A stretch of DNA of 63,712 nt, filler included, from Octopus bimaculoides (lineage: Eukaryota), in NCBI RefSeq assembly GCF_001194135.2. It is 4 parts of 4 records of this genome, joined end to end, with 100 filler letters (N's around TTAATTAATTAA, not from the genome) between each part and the next. Parts side by side here need not be neighbours in the genome. Positions count along the whole stretch, not along the records: positions 34,814 to 60,367 come from NC_068987.1; 3 more parts are not named here. The stretch is one strand, 5' to 3'. This document shows, piece by piece, positions 38,716 to 51,440 of the stretch. Position numbers and translations under genes: made by a program. The notes under the pieces are model-generated. The model was not told where the DNA came from. It searched no databases and worked only from the letters and a program-made list of their open reading frames with translations. Numbering within the stretch: the first letter of the stretch is position 1; every line of letters starts with the position of its first letter.

Positions 38716-39564
38716 AAGGCTTCTAAACCTGTTCTTAAAAATATGAGCCCCCAAATGCTAAATTTTACTTACTGAGATGCAAAACTGACAAACAAGCATG
38801 CACATCATTTATATTTAACCATCAAACTACTACTTAACACCATCACAACTACCACCACAACCTCCACAACAACCATCACAACCACTACCTACCACATCAA
38901 CAATAATCACTACTACCATGACAGCCACAACCATCAGAGCAACCATTCAACAATAGAGACAGACACTGTGTTTATGTAGCTTTGAAAACAGGAGGAAAAA
39001 AAAAAATATGCTAAAAATGTCACGGTAACTTAGTAGATTTATTTGAAAGGAGTTTTTCAACCTGTAATCTTTCTTTTATTCAACACCCCCAAAACCCACC
39101 CACCGACACCACCATTACCACACTTGCATAAAAGAACAATTGCTGCCTTGAACATCCAATTTTAATAAGATATAAAACGTTAACCTTTCAATAATAATAA
39201 AGATTAGTTAACAGTAACAATAAATGCATTATATACAGAATATTCATTAAAAAAAAAAGAAAAAGAAAAGAAAAGGAAAAAATTTATTGCAATGACTTAG
39301 CAGAAATGGTCTGAACACAAAGCTTTAAATGTGTACATATATATCCTACACAGGTTTTGTTTTCACCATCCCCTGGAGAGTGAAACAACTAACCAGTAAT
39401 ACACTGGAGACAAAAATTTAATATTACACATAAGGGCAGGTGTGGCTGAGCAGTTTGCTTTCCAACCACATGGTTTAGGATTGTCTTACTGCATGGCACC
39501 TTGAGCAAGTGTCTTCTACTATAGCTTTAGACCAACCTAAGCCTTGGGAGTGGATTTCATCACC

Positions 39565-39835
39565 ATCCAGTATCTTAAATCGGGGTTTTGTCCCCGCTAA
39601 CAGGGGTGGTTGGGTCTACCTTAATGCCATAGCAACGGCCCTCACACCATCTAGCCCAGTTTTGGGCATCCTCTCTTCTCAAGCCAACTCTCCCAATCTC
39701 CTCCTCCACCTGTCCCTTCTACGCTTTCCTTGATCTACCTCACTTTCATGGTCCATTTACCTCAAATTCAAGAACCTTCCTCAGAACATGCTCCTCATAC
39801 AAGCAGTACTGTTCATTCACAATATTCTGTAAAAT
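39565..39835 (-). mobile_element. Decayed RTE LINE 3' end
   Basis: The minus strand resembles the G-R-x-K-R-x-W terminal region, with stops and frameshifts. Confidence 0.5.
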
Positions 39836-42123
39836 CATGTCTGGTAATGGGGAAATAGTACCTTACTTGGAAGCAGGTGAGGGTTGCTGACATGAAGGGC
39901 ATCTGACTGTAGAAAATCTGTAGAAAATCTGACTCAACTCTGTTCAACCCATGCAAACACGGAAAAATGAACATTAAAATGAAATGCTTGCTCGTGCACG
40001 CACACACATTCTTTTACTTTTTTAAAATTCTTTTACTTGTTTCAGTTATTTCACTGTGGCCATGCTGGAGCACTGCCTTTAGTCGAACAAGAGCCAGCTG
40101 GGTCGAAGCCTGCATCAGGCTTCTGTGACTGTTTTGGCAGGATTTTTACAGCTAGATGCCCTTCCTAACACCAACCACTCAGCAGAGTGGACTTAGTGCT
40201 TTTTACATGGCACAGGCGAGGTCAGTTTTGGCAAGGTTTTATCAGCTGGATGCTCTTCTAAACACCAACCATTTTACAGCGTGGACTGGGTGCTTTTAAG
40301 TGGCACCTGCACTGACAGGGTCGATGAGTACTTGCAAGACAAAAAAAAAAAAAAAAAAAATTTCAAGAGGGGAGGAAGCATTGGAGGAGGTGATCTTGTG
40401 TTGGATGATGAAAAGGTTATAGTGAGACAGATACAGGTGTCTTGCTGTCGAGGAAGTACAAGGTTACCTGGTCAGAGAGAGAGAGAAAGGTCAGGAATGA
40501 AGACAGAAACAGGTGTGCTACTGTAAAGGAAATACAAGTTTATCCAACCTGTGGGGGGTGCAGGAGAAGGAGAGAGAGTAGAAGACAGCAGGATAGAGAT
40601 GGTGGCAAAATGCCAGGCATACTCACAAGGGATGGGGATCAGAATATAAATGGGATGGTTGAGTAAAGGAAGAGAGAGATATAGATGGTGGCAAGTACCA
40701 GGGCATACCCTTGAGGTTGAAATGCCATAATAGAAGTGGCAGGATATTGCGAAAGGAGTATGATTAAAGAGTGCGATTATGATGATGATAATTTGGCCCT
40801 TGGGTGCCTTTGACACCACTGTTACAGATATTAGGGCGAAGTCTCCGGTTTGAGTATATATTCCGTCCTTTCACTCACCAGTTACAGAGACCCTAATAGG
40901 GGTTAGAGAGCCGCCTTTGATTTAAGCCATGAAAAAAAAAATATATCCCACGAACCTATGACGCAACCACTTTATGGTTCACTGACTTGCAAGAAATAGC
41001 AGCCAAACCACCAGCATATCACGACGCATCATTGTATTTAAATATGGAGCACAGATATTCGATAACGCTGCCTTCAAAAACAGTTGGGAATGTCATAGTT
41101 GGAATTTATTTCATCACGGATCATTTAATCATGTCCTGCAGCTAAGAGCTATCGTATTTAAGAACAATAACCCTGGTATTCGAAAAAAGAGTTACCTCCC
41201 TTCCCTTAGTCAGCTGCCAAATTGTTTTTTTTATTTTGCTTTAGTCGAGGTGAGCAGACGACACAAACTCTGCAATAAGATGCCAGTTAGTCTATCGCTA
41301 CTGTAAATACATTTGTAGGTGAACTGAGGCACGCACGCACGCACACTTATACACAATGTTATTTGGGCCCTTCTAAGATTTGCTTAAATATCATGAGTAT
41401 CACACTTCCTTTCTTTCTTTAACTTGTTTTAGTCATTGGACTGTCGCCATGCTGAGTCACTGCCTTTAAAAGGTTTTGTTGAACAAACCGACACAATAAT
41501 TTTTTTTTTCTTTTTTTAAGAAATTTCAGAATTTTGGGGAATCTAAACAAATTAACAACAGTTGCCAAGCAAAGCAGGGGAGAAACACAAGAGACACACA
41601 TACAAACATATATACATGGTGTGACTGTGTGTTAAGATTCTTGCTTCCCAACCACATGGGCCTGGGTTTTGTACCACTGCATAGCACCTAGGGTAAGTGT
41701 CCTCGACTATTATTGGGTATGCCATGTTTCAACCCATCAGTTCTCATCAGGTACATCGATAAAGATATGCCTCACAACAAATTTTTAGTGTCGGAAGGCT
41801 AGTTATATGCCCATCAAGTTAGAGAATGAATAAAAGTGATATAGAAACGCAAAAAAATTCACACATGAAAAGTCTTTGATGTACCTGATGAGACCCAGAT
41901 TGATGGGTCAAAACATATGATGTGTCCAAATAAAGGATTAATACTGAATCTATCTCCTGTTAATATTATTACCCTAACTGCCACTGGAGTTCCTGAAGTA
42001 GATCCAACGGAAGTTTACCACAACCGCAGATGACAACAGGTAGCCTAAATTGTGCCAGTGCTCTACTCAACATTTAAACACACTGACTTATACTTATTGG
42101 TCCAAGTTATTTATAATCATTAT

Positions 42124-42395
42124 TCTTAATATATAAAATCCGTTGTCTGTCTGTCTGTGCACTAATAACTCAAGTATTGTTCATCCGATTGCGCTGAAAT
42201 TTTAAACATGGATACATGAGAGAGTCGGGTGTTCCGTAATCTAAAAAGATTTTCAAAATTGTTAGTTTCAAAGTGAGAATCGCTATTTTTGTAATCTTTA
42301 TGTTTGTTCTGCCATTAAAACAACCAGTTGCTCAGACAGTCGGCACATACCATTTCGCTAGCAACAAGGGGAGTACAGGATGACAGTCAGCCAAA
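42124..42395 (+). mobile_element. Possible non-autonomous Helitron-like element
   Basis: 5' TC + atatataaaatc + (ctgt)n + catccgattgcgctgaaatttt pattern. A canonical 3' CTAG end is not evident. Confidence 0.3.
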
Positions 42396-42586
42396 ACTGT
42401 TGCTATGCTGCCTCTCTTCTTTCCTCTCTCTGTGGGGTTAATAATCTTAATCTTTAGTTACAGTTTCACATTCAAACTACATAATAGGCAGAATTGTCAG
42501 ATGAGGACAGTATGGTGTTTTGAGGGAGATTTGACTGCTATTTCTACCAAGTCTAGCTACCATGTAGAGGTCTCCCTCATTGGCTT

Positions 42587-42627
<41 letters not shown>

Positions 42628-43848
42628 ACTTCTTGCTTAATGCGAGCCCAGAGCAATCTGTTATCTCTTCCACTATTTCAGTATTACGTCTGTATTGTTA
42701 TGTGAGATACTGTCCTATATATTCCAAAACTGAGTTACAGATTTTGACATATGGGGTATCAAAAGATTCAGTACTATTTTGGCTACAAATTAAACCGAAT
42801 TTCCATTCACATATTTGCATTTCAAAAATTTAACATAATCTTTTCCATAAATTAACTATCTTAAAAATATTGGCCCTTTGAAATACAGGTAAAACTCATT
42901 TTTGCCAAATGAGTGGACTGAAGCAATGTGAAATAAAGTGTCTTGCTCAATGACACATCACACTGCCAGGAATCGAACTCGCAGCCTTACAATTGTGAGA
43001 TGAATACCCTAACCACTAGGTCATGTGCTTTCACAGTTTCTACTAAATTCACTCACAAGGTATTGGTCAGCTTGGGGATTTAGTAGAAGACAGTCGACCA
43101 AGGTGCTGCACAGTGGGACTGAAACTGAAACCACATGGTTGCAAAGCTGAGTTCGGAACCACACAGCTAGGTCTGTGCTTGATCAGTAAAAAAAAAAACC
43201 TTTAAACTATCCATACCATTTCGAGCATGGCCTTTACCAGTAAGACATCCGAGCGAGACCGTTGCCAGTGCCCCTGGACTGGCCCTTGTGCAGGTGGCAC
43301 GTAAAATACACCATTTCAAGCATGGCCGTTGTCAGTACCCGCCTGACTGGCCCTCGTGCCGGTGGCATGTAAAGTCACCCACTACACTCTCAGAGTGGTT
43401 GGCATTAGGAAGGGCATCCAGCTGTAGAAACTGCCAAATCAGATTGGAGCCTGGTGTAGCCATCTGGTTTACCAGTCCTCAGTCAAATCGTCCAACCCAT
43501 GCTAGCATGGAAAGCAGACGTTAAACAACGATGATGATGATGATCACGGGTGCAGATATAATTGTGTGGTTAAGATGCTCACTTCATAACGATGTGGTTG
43601 TAGGTTCAATCCCACAGCATAGTATGAAACTATATGGTGTAAGAGCATTACACGAAAAACAGTCAAGGGTTAGCATGAAGAGTGTCTGAACAACATATAC
43701 TTATAACCCATGCTGGCATGGTAAAATAGATGTAAAACAAATGAACATGAGAAAGCATTCCAAGTAAAGAATGTAGTTAGAGGGAAAAGAAGCATAATTG
43801 GTGATTAATAAGACTGGGATGGAACAGACTAAGATTATTAAACATTAC

Positions 43849-43974
43849 CTTTTGAGTGAGAGGGTAAAGTAACATCACAGCTAAAGGCTTTTTAATAGTG
43901 TCCAACAGTTCTTTATCCAAATCGTAGACATCAAGGAATTTGTAACTGGAGGGGACACCAACATTCCAGCTAAA
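43849..43974 (-). CDS. UCHL3: Exon of a UCH-L1/L3-type ubiquitin C-terminal hydrolase (peptidase C12)
   Basis: ttctttatttcag|FSWNVGVPSSYKFLDVYDLDKELLDTIKKPLAVMLLYPLTQK|gtaatg, 126 nt, phase 0/0. It aligns by eye to human UCHL3 [43 protein letters not shown] with the same exon boundaries. L1 versus L3 orthology cannot be resolved from this sequence. Confidence 0.9.
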
Positions 43975-44229
43975 CTGAAATAAAGAAAACAAATTTGGTA
44001 GATCAATTTATAAAAGAAAAAAAGACAAACATTGTTGAATTATAGCAAACAGTGTGAGTAAGGTAGGGGTTATGGTCCAACAAAATGTCCAGTCCTTGTT
44101 GCAGTGTGCAAGTTCCTAGTAGGGCCTTCCTTACAGGACAGGTCAAAAGATAGAGGCTGGAATAAAAAAAGGGTTTGTATCGGACCAATACTCTTACCAA
44201 AAAGAAAAAAAAACAAGCAAAGTTACACA

Positions 44230-44649
44230 AGGCGCAGGAGTGGCTGTGTGGAAAGTAGCTTGCTTACCAAGCACATGGTTCCGAGTTCAGTCCCACTGCG
44301 TGGCACCTTGGGCAAGTGTCTTTTACTATAGCCTCGGGCCGACCAAAGCCTTGTGAGTGGATTTGGTAGACGGAAACTGAAAGAAGCCCGTCGTATATAT
44401 GTATATANNNNNNNNNNNNNNNNNNNNNNNNNNNNNNNNNNNNNNNNNNNNNNNNNNNNNNNNNNNNNNNNNNNNNNNNNNNNNNNNNNNNNNNNNNNNN
44501 NNNNNNNNNNNNNNNNNNNNNNNNNNNNNNNNNNNNNNNNNNNNNNNNNNNNNNNNNNNNNNNNNNNATGTTTGTGTATCTGTGTTTGTCCCCCCCAACA
44601 TCGCTTGACAACCGATGCTGGTGTGTTAACGTCCCCGTAACTTAGCGGT
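44230..44649 (+). mobile_element. SINE family A, 3'-truncated and fused to family B sequence
   Basis: Collinear up to cttagcggt, then switches family. Confidence 0.85.
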
Positions 44650-44725
44650 ATTTTGTCTGCCGTTACGTTCTGAGTTCAAATTCGACTTTGCCGGGTCAAC
44701 ACCTAAGCTAACAGATGTACAATCA

Positions 44726-44944
44726 TAAGGCGGCGAGCTGGCAGAAACGTTAGCACGCTGGGCGAAATGCTTAGCGGTATTTCGTTTGTCATTACGTTCT
44801 GAGTTCAAATTTGCCTTACATCCTTTCGGGGTCGATAAATTAAGCACCAGTTACGCACTGGGGTCGATGTAATCGACTTAATCGCTTTGTCTGGCCTTGT
44901 TTGTCCCCTCTATGTTTAGCCTCCTTGTGGGCAATAAAGAAATA
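44726..44944 (+). mobile_element. SINE family B with TSD
   Basis: ggcggcgagctggcagaa...gttctgagttcaaat...aataaagaaata; 13-bp TSD agatgtacaatca at 44713-44725 and 44945-44957. Confidence 0.9.
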
Positions 44945-45118
44945 AGATGTACAATCAAAAGATGCTCCATATCGCTACCGTTTTTTTTTTTTTTTTCTTC
45001 CAGATAATATTATAAAATATTATTTAGTGTAGTCCTTGAAAAGAAAAATACTATTAAAAAAAAACGGAGATTTGAAAATTCGACTGCTGTTTCAAGCATG
45101 TCGAGTGACTACATAGAG

Positions 45119-45353
45119 CAGTAGTTCTCAAAACAATGCGCCGTGGATTTTAAAAATGTAATAGAGAAAATCCATATTGATACCATAATGTTTTGAAAAC
45201 ATAATGCTATATTTTTTAACTCACCAAAAATTAATAAGATTAAACAAATAATTTTCTACACGTTGGTAAATTTCTCACTTTAAATCATGGTTTCTAATTT
45301 TATGTGGAATGTGACAGTTATTACTTCCAGTACCTCGAAGTAAATAACCACTG
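45119..45353. mobile_element. Old hAT-like MITE
   Basis: cagtagttctcaaa ... aataaccactg; the 8-bp flanks acatagag and gcatagat match at 6/8. Confidence 0.5.
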
Positions 45354-46699
45354 GCATAGATGTTCACACAACCTCATGCAATAAAAAAAGTGAAACCGAA
45401 AATTTATTAGTAAATATCGAGTAGCTTCCCATTATAAAGCAGGCGTGCAAGGGAGATAAGCGAGTTTTTTTTTTTTTTTTTTCTTTAGTGAATTTATTTT
45501 TAATGAGAAAATACAATGAGAAAAATCATAGATATTTTTAATAGACAGTCTTCTTTGAAAATAAAAAGAAAACAACATTGGCTATATACAAACTGCTTGA
45601 TTGCTTTACAATCTCGGAAAACTAGCGAGAGACCTAGTCTTGTTAAAGCTGTTGAGAAAGTGTTATAGTTTGTAAGAACGCTACATATAGTCCACTTTGC
45701 TATACAGGATATTGTCGAAGTCTTGTTATTGTGAAGTAGTAACTGCATTGCTAATTGATAGCATGTAAATTAATATAGAATGGCGACTGCCTGTCTTGAA
45801 CATTAGAATAGACTTTCTAGCTTCAAAAATAGTAGGTAGCTTCATATAGTGAAACTGAGAAACTTGTCTGCAAGATATCAGCAATTAAATAAGCAATCTA
45901 AAACGAAGGTTCTGTAACTCATTCCTGGACCCATTATAAGTTCATAATTTTGTGAATGGGGAAACAACAAATGGAGGAACGCTACTGGTTAGTCATGATG
46001 AGAGACAGACAGACAGACAGAGATAGATTGTTGGGGCTAACAGCTCCACAGACATGTGTAATGATGTGGTTGAGACAGGCAGAGCTTAACCCATTACCTC
46101 CCATAATTCTCTTAACTGGAATTTTTTTTATGAAACTTTGATTTCTACCATAAAACAGCCTTAGGAACACGCTGGAATGATCAAAATAACATTTCAAATA
46201 GAAATAAGCGAGATATTGGGTGAAAAATTAGCAAACCTCATTTGAATATCAGAAATATACCTAGTAGATATAGCAAAAAGGTTAGATATGTGTATATATT
46301 GACAGATAATTATGAAATTTGTAATTTTTAAGTGATCTCATATGAGATCACTGGTAGGTAATGGGTTAAACAGACAGTTAGGGAAGACAAGTGACGACAG
46401 TGTGTGCCAGTTACTGATGAAAACAACTGCAAATTTTGTATTGCATTCATTCATAATGAAACAAAAATGAGACAAGAGAGCCTAATGGAATATAACTGTC
46501 AGAGATGCAGTTATAGCTTTCTACAGTAAAAGACATTACAGTAAAAATTTGAAATTTGAACACTTGGCTTGGAAAATTTACAACAACCTATTTCAATAGG
46601 TAGGAAGCTAGAGATGTTTAGAGGAACAGAAGCTATCTAGACGTTGTGATATTCATGCTTTCCAGAAAGAATTAGGAATGTCTGTAAAACAGGGAGGCT

Positions 46700-47295
46700 T
46701 CAAGAGATTCTTGCCACACAGAGGAGGATCCTTAGAGGTAGCTGATAGTTTCAGTTACTTAGGAGACCTAATAAGCTGTGGCGAGGGAGTGCTAAAAGTA
46801 TAGTTGCAAGAATAAGAACTGATTGGAGAAAGTTCAGAGAATTGTTACCTCTCTGAGTGAAAGGCAAATTGTATTATGCCCTTGTACACAGAAATGCTAC
46901 ATGATGATGGAACACGAGCTGTGAATGCAGAAGATATGCAAAGATTAGAAATACATGAAGCAAGCAAGCAAGCATGCTCTGCTGGATGTGTAACATCAAC
47001 GTGCATGTACGATGAAGTACAAAAGTGTTGTGAGAAAAACTGAGCATAAAGAGTATCTGATACAGGGTGCAAGAGAGAAGACTGCACTGGTAACGTCATG
47101 TGCTACAGATGGGTGAGAGCCTCTGTTTAAATAAGTGCAGATTGCTAAATGTAAAATGTAGAAGGAACCTGAGGAAGGAGCCCCGGGAAGACATGGGATG
47201 AAGTGGGTGCCGACTGGTTTCAAGATGTTGGGCCTCTCGGAAGAGATAACACGAGATTGAGATGAATGGCAATATGCTGTGCTTCAGAAGCCCTA
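46700..47295 (+). mobile_element. RTE-clade LINE, RT C-terminal part to 3' end
   Basis: LEVADSFSYLGDLIS...SIVARIRTDWRKFRELLPL...PGKTWDEV; frameshifted. Confidence 0.85.
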
Positions 47296-47923
47296 TCCAT
47301 CTTGGGAAAGCATGAGACCCCATTGTTTCCCCACACAACTCATCTTCTCACACCAATTCCTCCATCAATATTTTGCAGTACTACTCACTCAGGTGCTGTA
47401 AATGATACCATTTCTCCCCTTACACCTCATATTGTATCCCTACTACTGTCCCTCATCACCTCACACCTAGACCCACTCTTTTTTTTTCTTCCTTTCATTT
47501 TCCCTCCCTCAAACTGATACTGTGTTCAACTCTACCCCCATCTCAAATCATCAGTCACACTATTGGCAGTATTGAAATATTACACTTTCCAAAATTCACT
47601 CCAGTTTTAACTATTCAGATTTGCTATTTTATTCAATTCTGATTTGTACTCCAGCATCAATTGAAAATCTTTTTTACCAATACTGCCAATGTTTCCACCT
47701 TTTGCAGGGGTTATGAAAATATCCGAAATACACTGTCCCTTAATACTACTCCCCACCCCTCCCTCAGTTGAGAGGTCTTGTCCTACAAGTTACTTGGTGA
47801 CCTTACCATTGCCGGTACCAGTACACTCTGTAAAGTGGTTGGCATAAGGAAGGGCATCCAGCCATAGAAACCATGCCAAAGCAAACTGTAGAGCTTGGTT
47901 CAGCCCCCTGACTTGCCAGTTCC

Positions 47924-48160
47924 CTATTTCTTTATTTCTTTACTGCCCACAAGGGGCTACACACAGAGGGGACAAACAAGGACAGACAAACGGATTAAGT
48001 CAATTATATCGACCCCCAGTGCGTAACTGGTACTTATTTAATCGACCCCGAAAGGATGAAAGGTAAAGTCGACCTCAGCGGAATTTGAACTCAGAACGTA
48101 GCGGCAGATGAAATACCACTAAGCATTTCGCCCGGCGTGCTAACCTTTCTGCCAGCTAGC
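47924..48160 (-). mobile_element. SINE family B inserted into an older retroposon, with TSD
   Basis: 16-bp TSD ctga(c/t)ttgccagttcc at 47908-47923 and 48161-48176. Other family B copies lie at about 16085-16315, 23890-24360, 29180-29390, 33760-33940 and 57600-57780. Confidence 0.9.
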
Positions 48161-48539
48161 CTGATTTGCCAGTTCCTGTTAAACTGTTCTACCTAAACCA
48201 GCATGGAAAATGGACATTTGATGATGATGATGAAAGAGCCAATAAGAGAGCTTCTAGGTCATCATCTGATCGACAAGAAATAACAGCCAAATCTCACTAA
48301 ACTCAAACCACTGCAGTCTTAAATACTGTAGTCCTAGATACACGGCTTGAACAAAGAAAAAAAAAATTAAAGGAAAAATAAAAAAGGACAATGATCACAG
48401 CTGCAACAGCAGATTTTTGATCATAGGTTTACTTGACCTAGTGTTAAACACCAGATGAACTAGGCCAACAAGGGAGTTTATGTAGATGTTCAACATACTA
48501 GAAATAGCAGCTAAATGTCCTCAAATCAGACCCCAACAC

Positions 48540-48905
48540 TTTAAAGGCGTGGCTGTATGGTAAAAAGCTTGCTTCCCAACAACATGGTTCCAGGTTCAGT
48601 CCCATTGCATAGCACCTTGGGCACATGTCTTCTATTATAGCCTTGGGCAGACAAAAGCCTTGTGAGTGAATATGGCAGACAGAAACTGAAAGAAGCCCAC
48701 TGTGTGTGTGTATGTGTCTGTCCCATACCGCTACTTGACAACCAGTGTTGGTGTGTTTGCATCCATGTAACTTAGTAGTTCAGCAAAAGAGACCAATAGA
48801 AGAACCAGGCATAAAAAAATAAGTACTAGGGTTGATTCATTTGACTAAAATTTCAAGGTGGTGCCCCAGCATGGCCTCAGTCTAATGACTGAAACAAGTA
48901 AAAAA
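48540..48905 (+). mobile_element. SINE family A
   Basis: Collinear with the 8079 copy. Confidence 0.85.
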
Positions 48906-49093
48906 AAAAAGCGTATGTTGGCCATTGTACTCCTTAGTCGACAGTGGTGCACCATTAATAATAAATCTGCACAATCACCACCTGCCTAGGGCTAAACAAA
49001 CACCATGACATAAATCACTGCACACACACACAACCACTGCCATCACCACCATCACTAGACTACAAGCACCACAGAACCACACACAATCAATAC

Positions 49094-49145
<52 letters not shown>

Positions 49146-49353
49146 CAATACCACAACCACCCAAACACATCACTATGACCACAAAATACCACCAACATCA
49201 CATACACAACCCCCCCCCTACACACACACACACATCACAACTACCACCACCACCACCACCACCACATACAAACCAACAAAGAAGAAGCCTTTACATGNNN
49301 NNNNNNNNNNNNNNNNNNNNNNNNNNNNNNNNNNNNNNNNNNNNNNNNNNNNN

Positions 49354-49397
<44 letters not shown>

Positions 49398-51249
49398 CAA
49401 TACCACAACCACCCAAACACATCACTATGACCACAAAATACCACCAACATCACATACACAACCCCCCCCCTACACACACACACACATCACAACTACCACC
49501 ACCACCACCACCACATACAAACCAACAAAGAAGAAGCCTTTACATGGTCATCCCAACCGCTAGCAACGGAAGCCAAATCTTACCACCTAGAAAAGGGAAG
49601 GATACATTGGATAACGTAATCTCAAGTACGAAATCCCCAAAATGAGAACAGAGTGTTCATAACTGAAACTCCTTTGATCACAGGCCTATCACATCTTGGC
49701 TGACCTAGGGTTACATCACCTCCTCTTTCCATAAGTGAGTATATAAGAATAGAATTATTAATATATGTTGTTAGTCAGTCTGCAGTTATCACAAGACAAT
49801 TATTGTCAATATATGTAGTATCAATGTTGTTAGTGCTGCAGTTATCCGTCTCTGACTTTTGTACTGCACTGCATAAAACTCTGCAGTCATTACTAATAGG
49901 ATGATGACTCATGCTTGCTGAGTGTGGTTGCGTCCGTTTGGTAGACAGCAGGAGAACAAAAGCCATGTGCAAAAAGAGAGTACATTAAAGTGGGAGGGAC
50001 AAAATATATATAGGGGTGGGTGTACAAGGCAANNNNNNNNNNAAAAAAAAAAAAAAAAAGTGTTGGAAAACAGAATATGGGGGTGGTGGCAGTAAAATAA
50101 CGAGAAAAATGTGGTGGAAGAAAAGAATGGGCAAAATGGGGTGGAAAAATTAACAGATGTTAGGTGGAAAAAAAAATGTGCTAGTACATTAGGAGAAAAT
50201 AGATTTTAAAACGTGGTGGAAAAGAGATTTTTCTGCAAATAGGATTCGAAAAAGAGATAATGTTGGGTAGAAAAACAAATGTGCTACTATACTTGTAGAA
50301 AACAGATTGTGTGCCAATAAGGGTGGGGAATGTATTTTGCAAAAAAGGGATTGGAAAAACAAATATGTGAAGTGGGATGGAAAAATGGATTGCGTCCATT
50401 TTTCCATATGAAAAACCGCTGAGCTACAAATGATGAGGTTTGTTATAATTTCCCTGTTAAATTGTCTGCCAGCTCTGTGCTTTCGAAGATATGTAAAATA
50501 AGATACTGTCAATCTAATTACTAATATAAAAACCAATAACTCATAACTAAAGAGGTAAGTGAAGTCAAGAGGACCAGAGTGGTTGAGTAGTTAGCTACTT
50601 AATCACAAGGCCTCAGGCTCAGTCTTATTGCATGGCACCTTGGGCATACTGTGTGATAGAAACAGCGTTATTGGGATAGTAGAAACAGTGTGTCAGGGTA
50701 ACAGAAACTGTGTTGTTGTGGTGGTAGAAACAATCGAGTGAAATACTGAGTTATGTTTCTTTACATTCTCAGTTCAAATCACACTTACACTGGAGTTAAC
50801 ATATTTGACTTTTTTTTTTCCCACAGTGCTCGGAAGGACCTTTTTTGGAGTGTCTCCAAGGCTGCTGGGGAAAGGGGAGATTGGAGACCTGGTTTGAAGA
50901 CTCACAACAGAATGGACAGAAAGTTACCCAATGACAAAGTGGTCTTCATAAACCAGTAAGAGATTAAATCCACTACTAAAAAAACAAGTACAATCTCAAA
51001 AGAGAGCTTCCACACAGTTTCCAACAATGCAGTTTCACTTGCAAGGCTTGAGCCAAATCAAGGCTATGATAAGCACTTCAAGATGCCATGCAATATGACT
51101 GCTACGCAAAATAGTTAATGACACTCCTGGTCCTATGATACAAACCTCCAGTTTTAAAGTGACCTGTATTAAAAACCTATCAAAATTTCATGATAATTTA
51201 TGTCCTAAATACCAGCTTAATAATGATAAAGTAATTTTATCAAACACTT

Positions 51250-51440
51250 ACTCTTTTACTTGTTTCAGTCATTTGACTGTGGCCATGCTGGAGCACCACC
51301 TTTAGTCGAGCAAATCGACCCCAGGACTTATTCTTTGTAAGCCTAGTACTTATTCTATCGGTCTCTTTTGCCGAACCGCTAAGTTACGGGGACGTAAACA
51401 CACCAGCATCGGTTGTCAAGCGATGTTGGGGGGACAAACA
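51250..51440 (-). mobile_element. SINE family A, 3' half (rest in gap)
   Basis: Near-identical to 20750-20920. Confidence 0.85.

Noticed and set aside
45560-45760. Weak resemblance to a hAT transposase HC-x-H region
   Set aside because: Key residues are absent and stops are present, so it is too weak to call.
49775-49972. 65-aa minus-strand ORF in unique sequence
   Set aside because: No recognisable motif, no convincing splice sites, and a length expected by chance.
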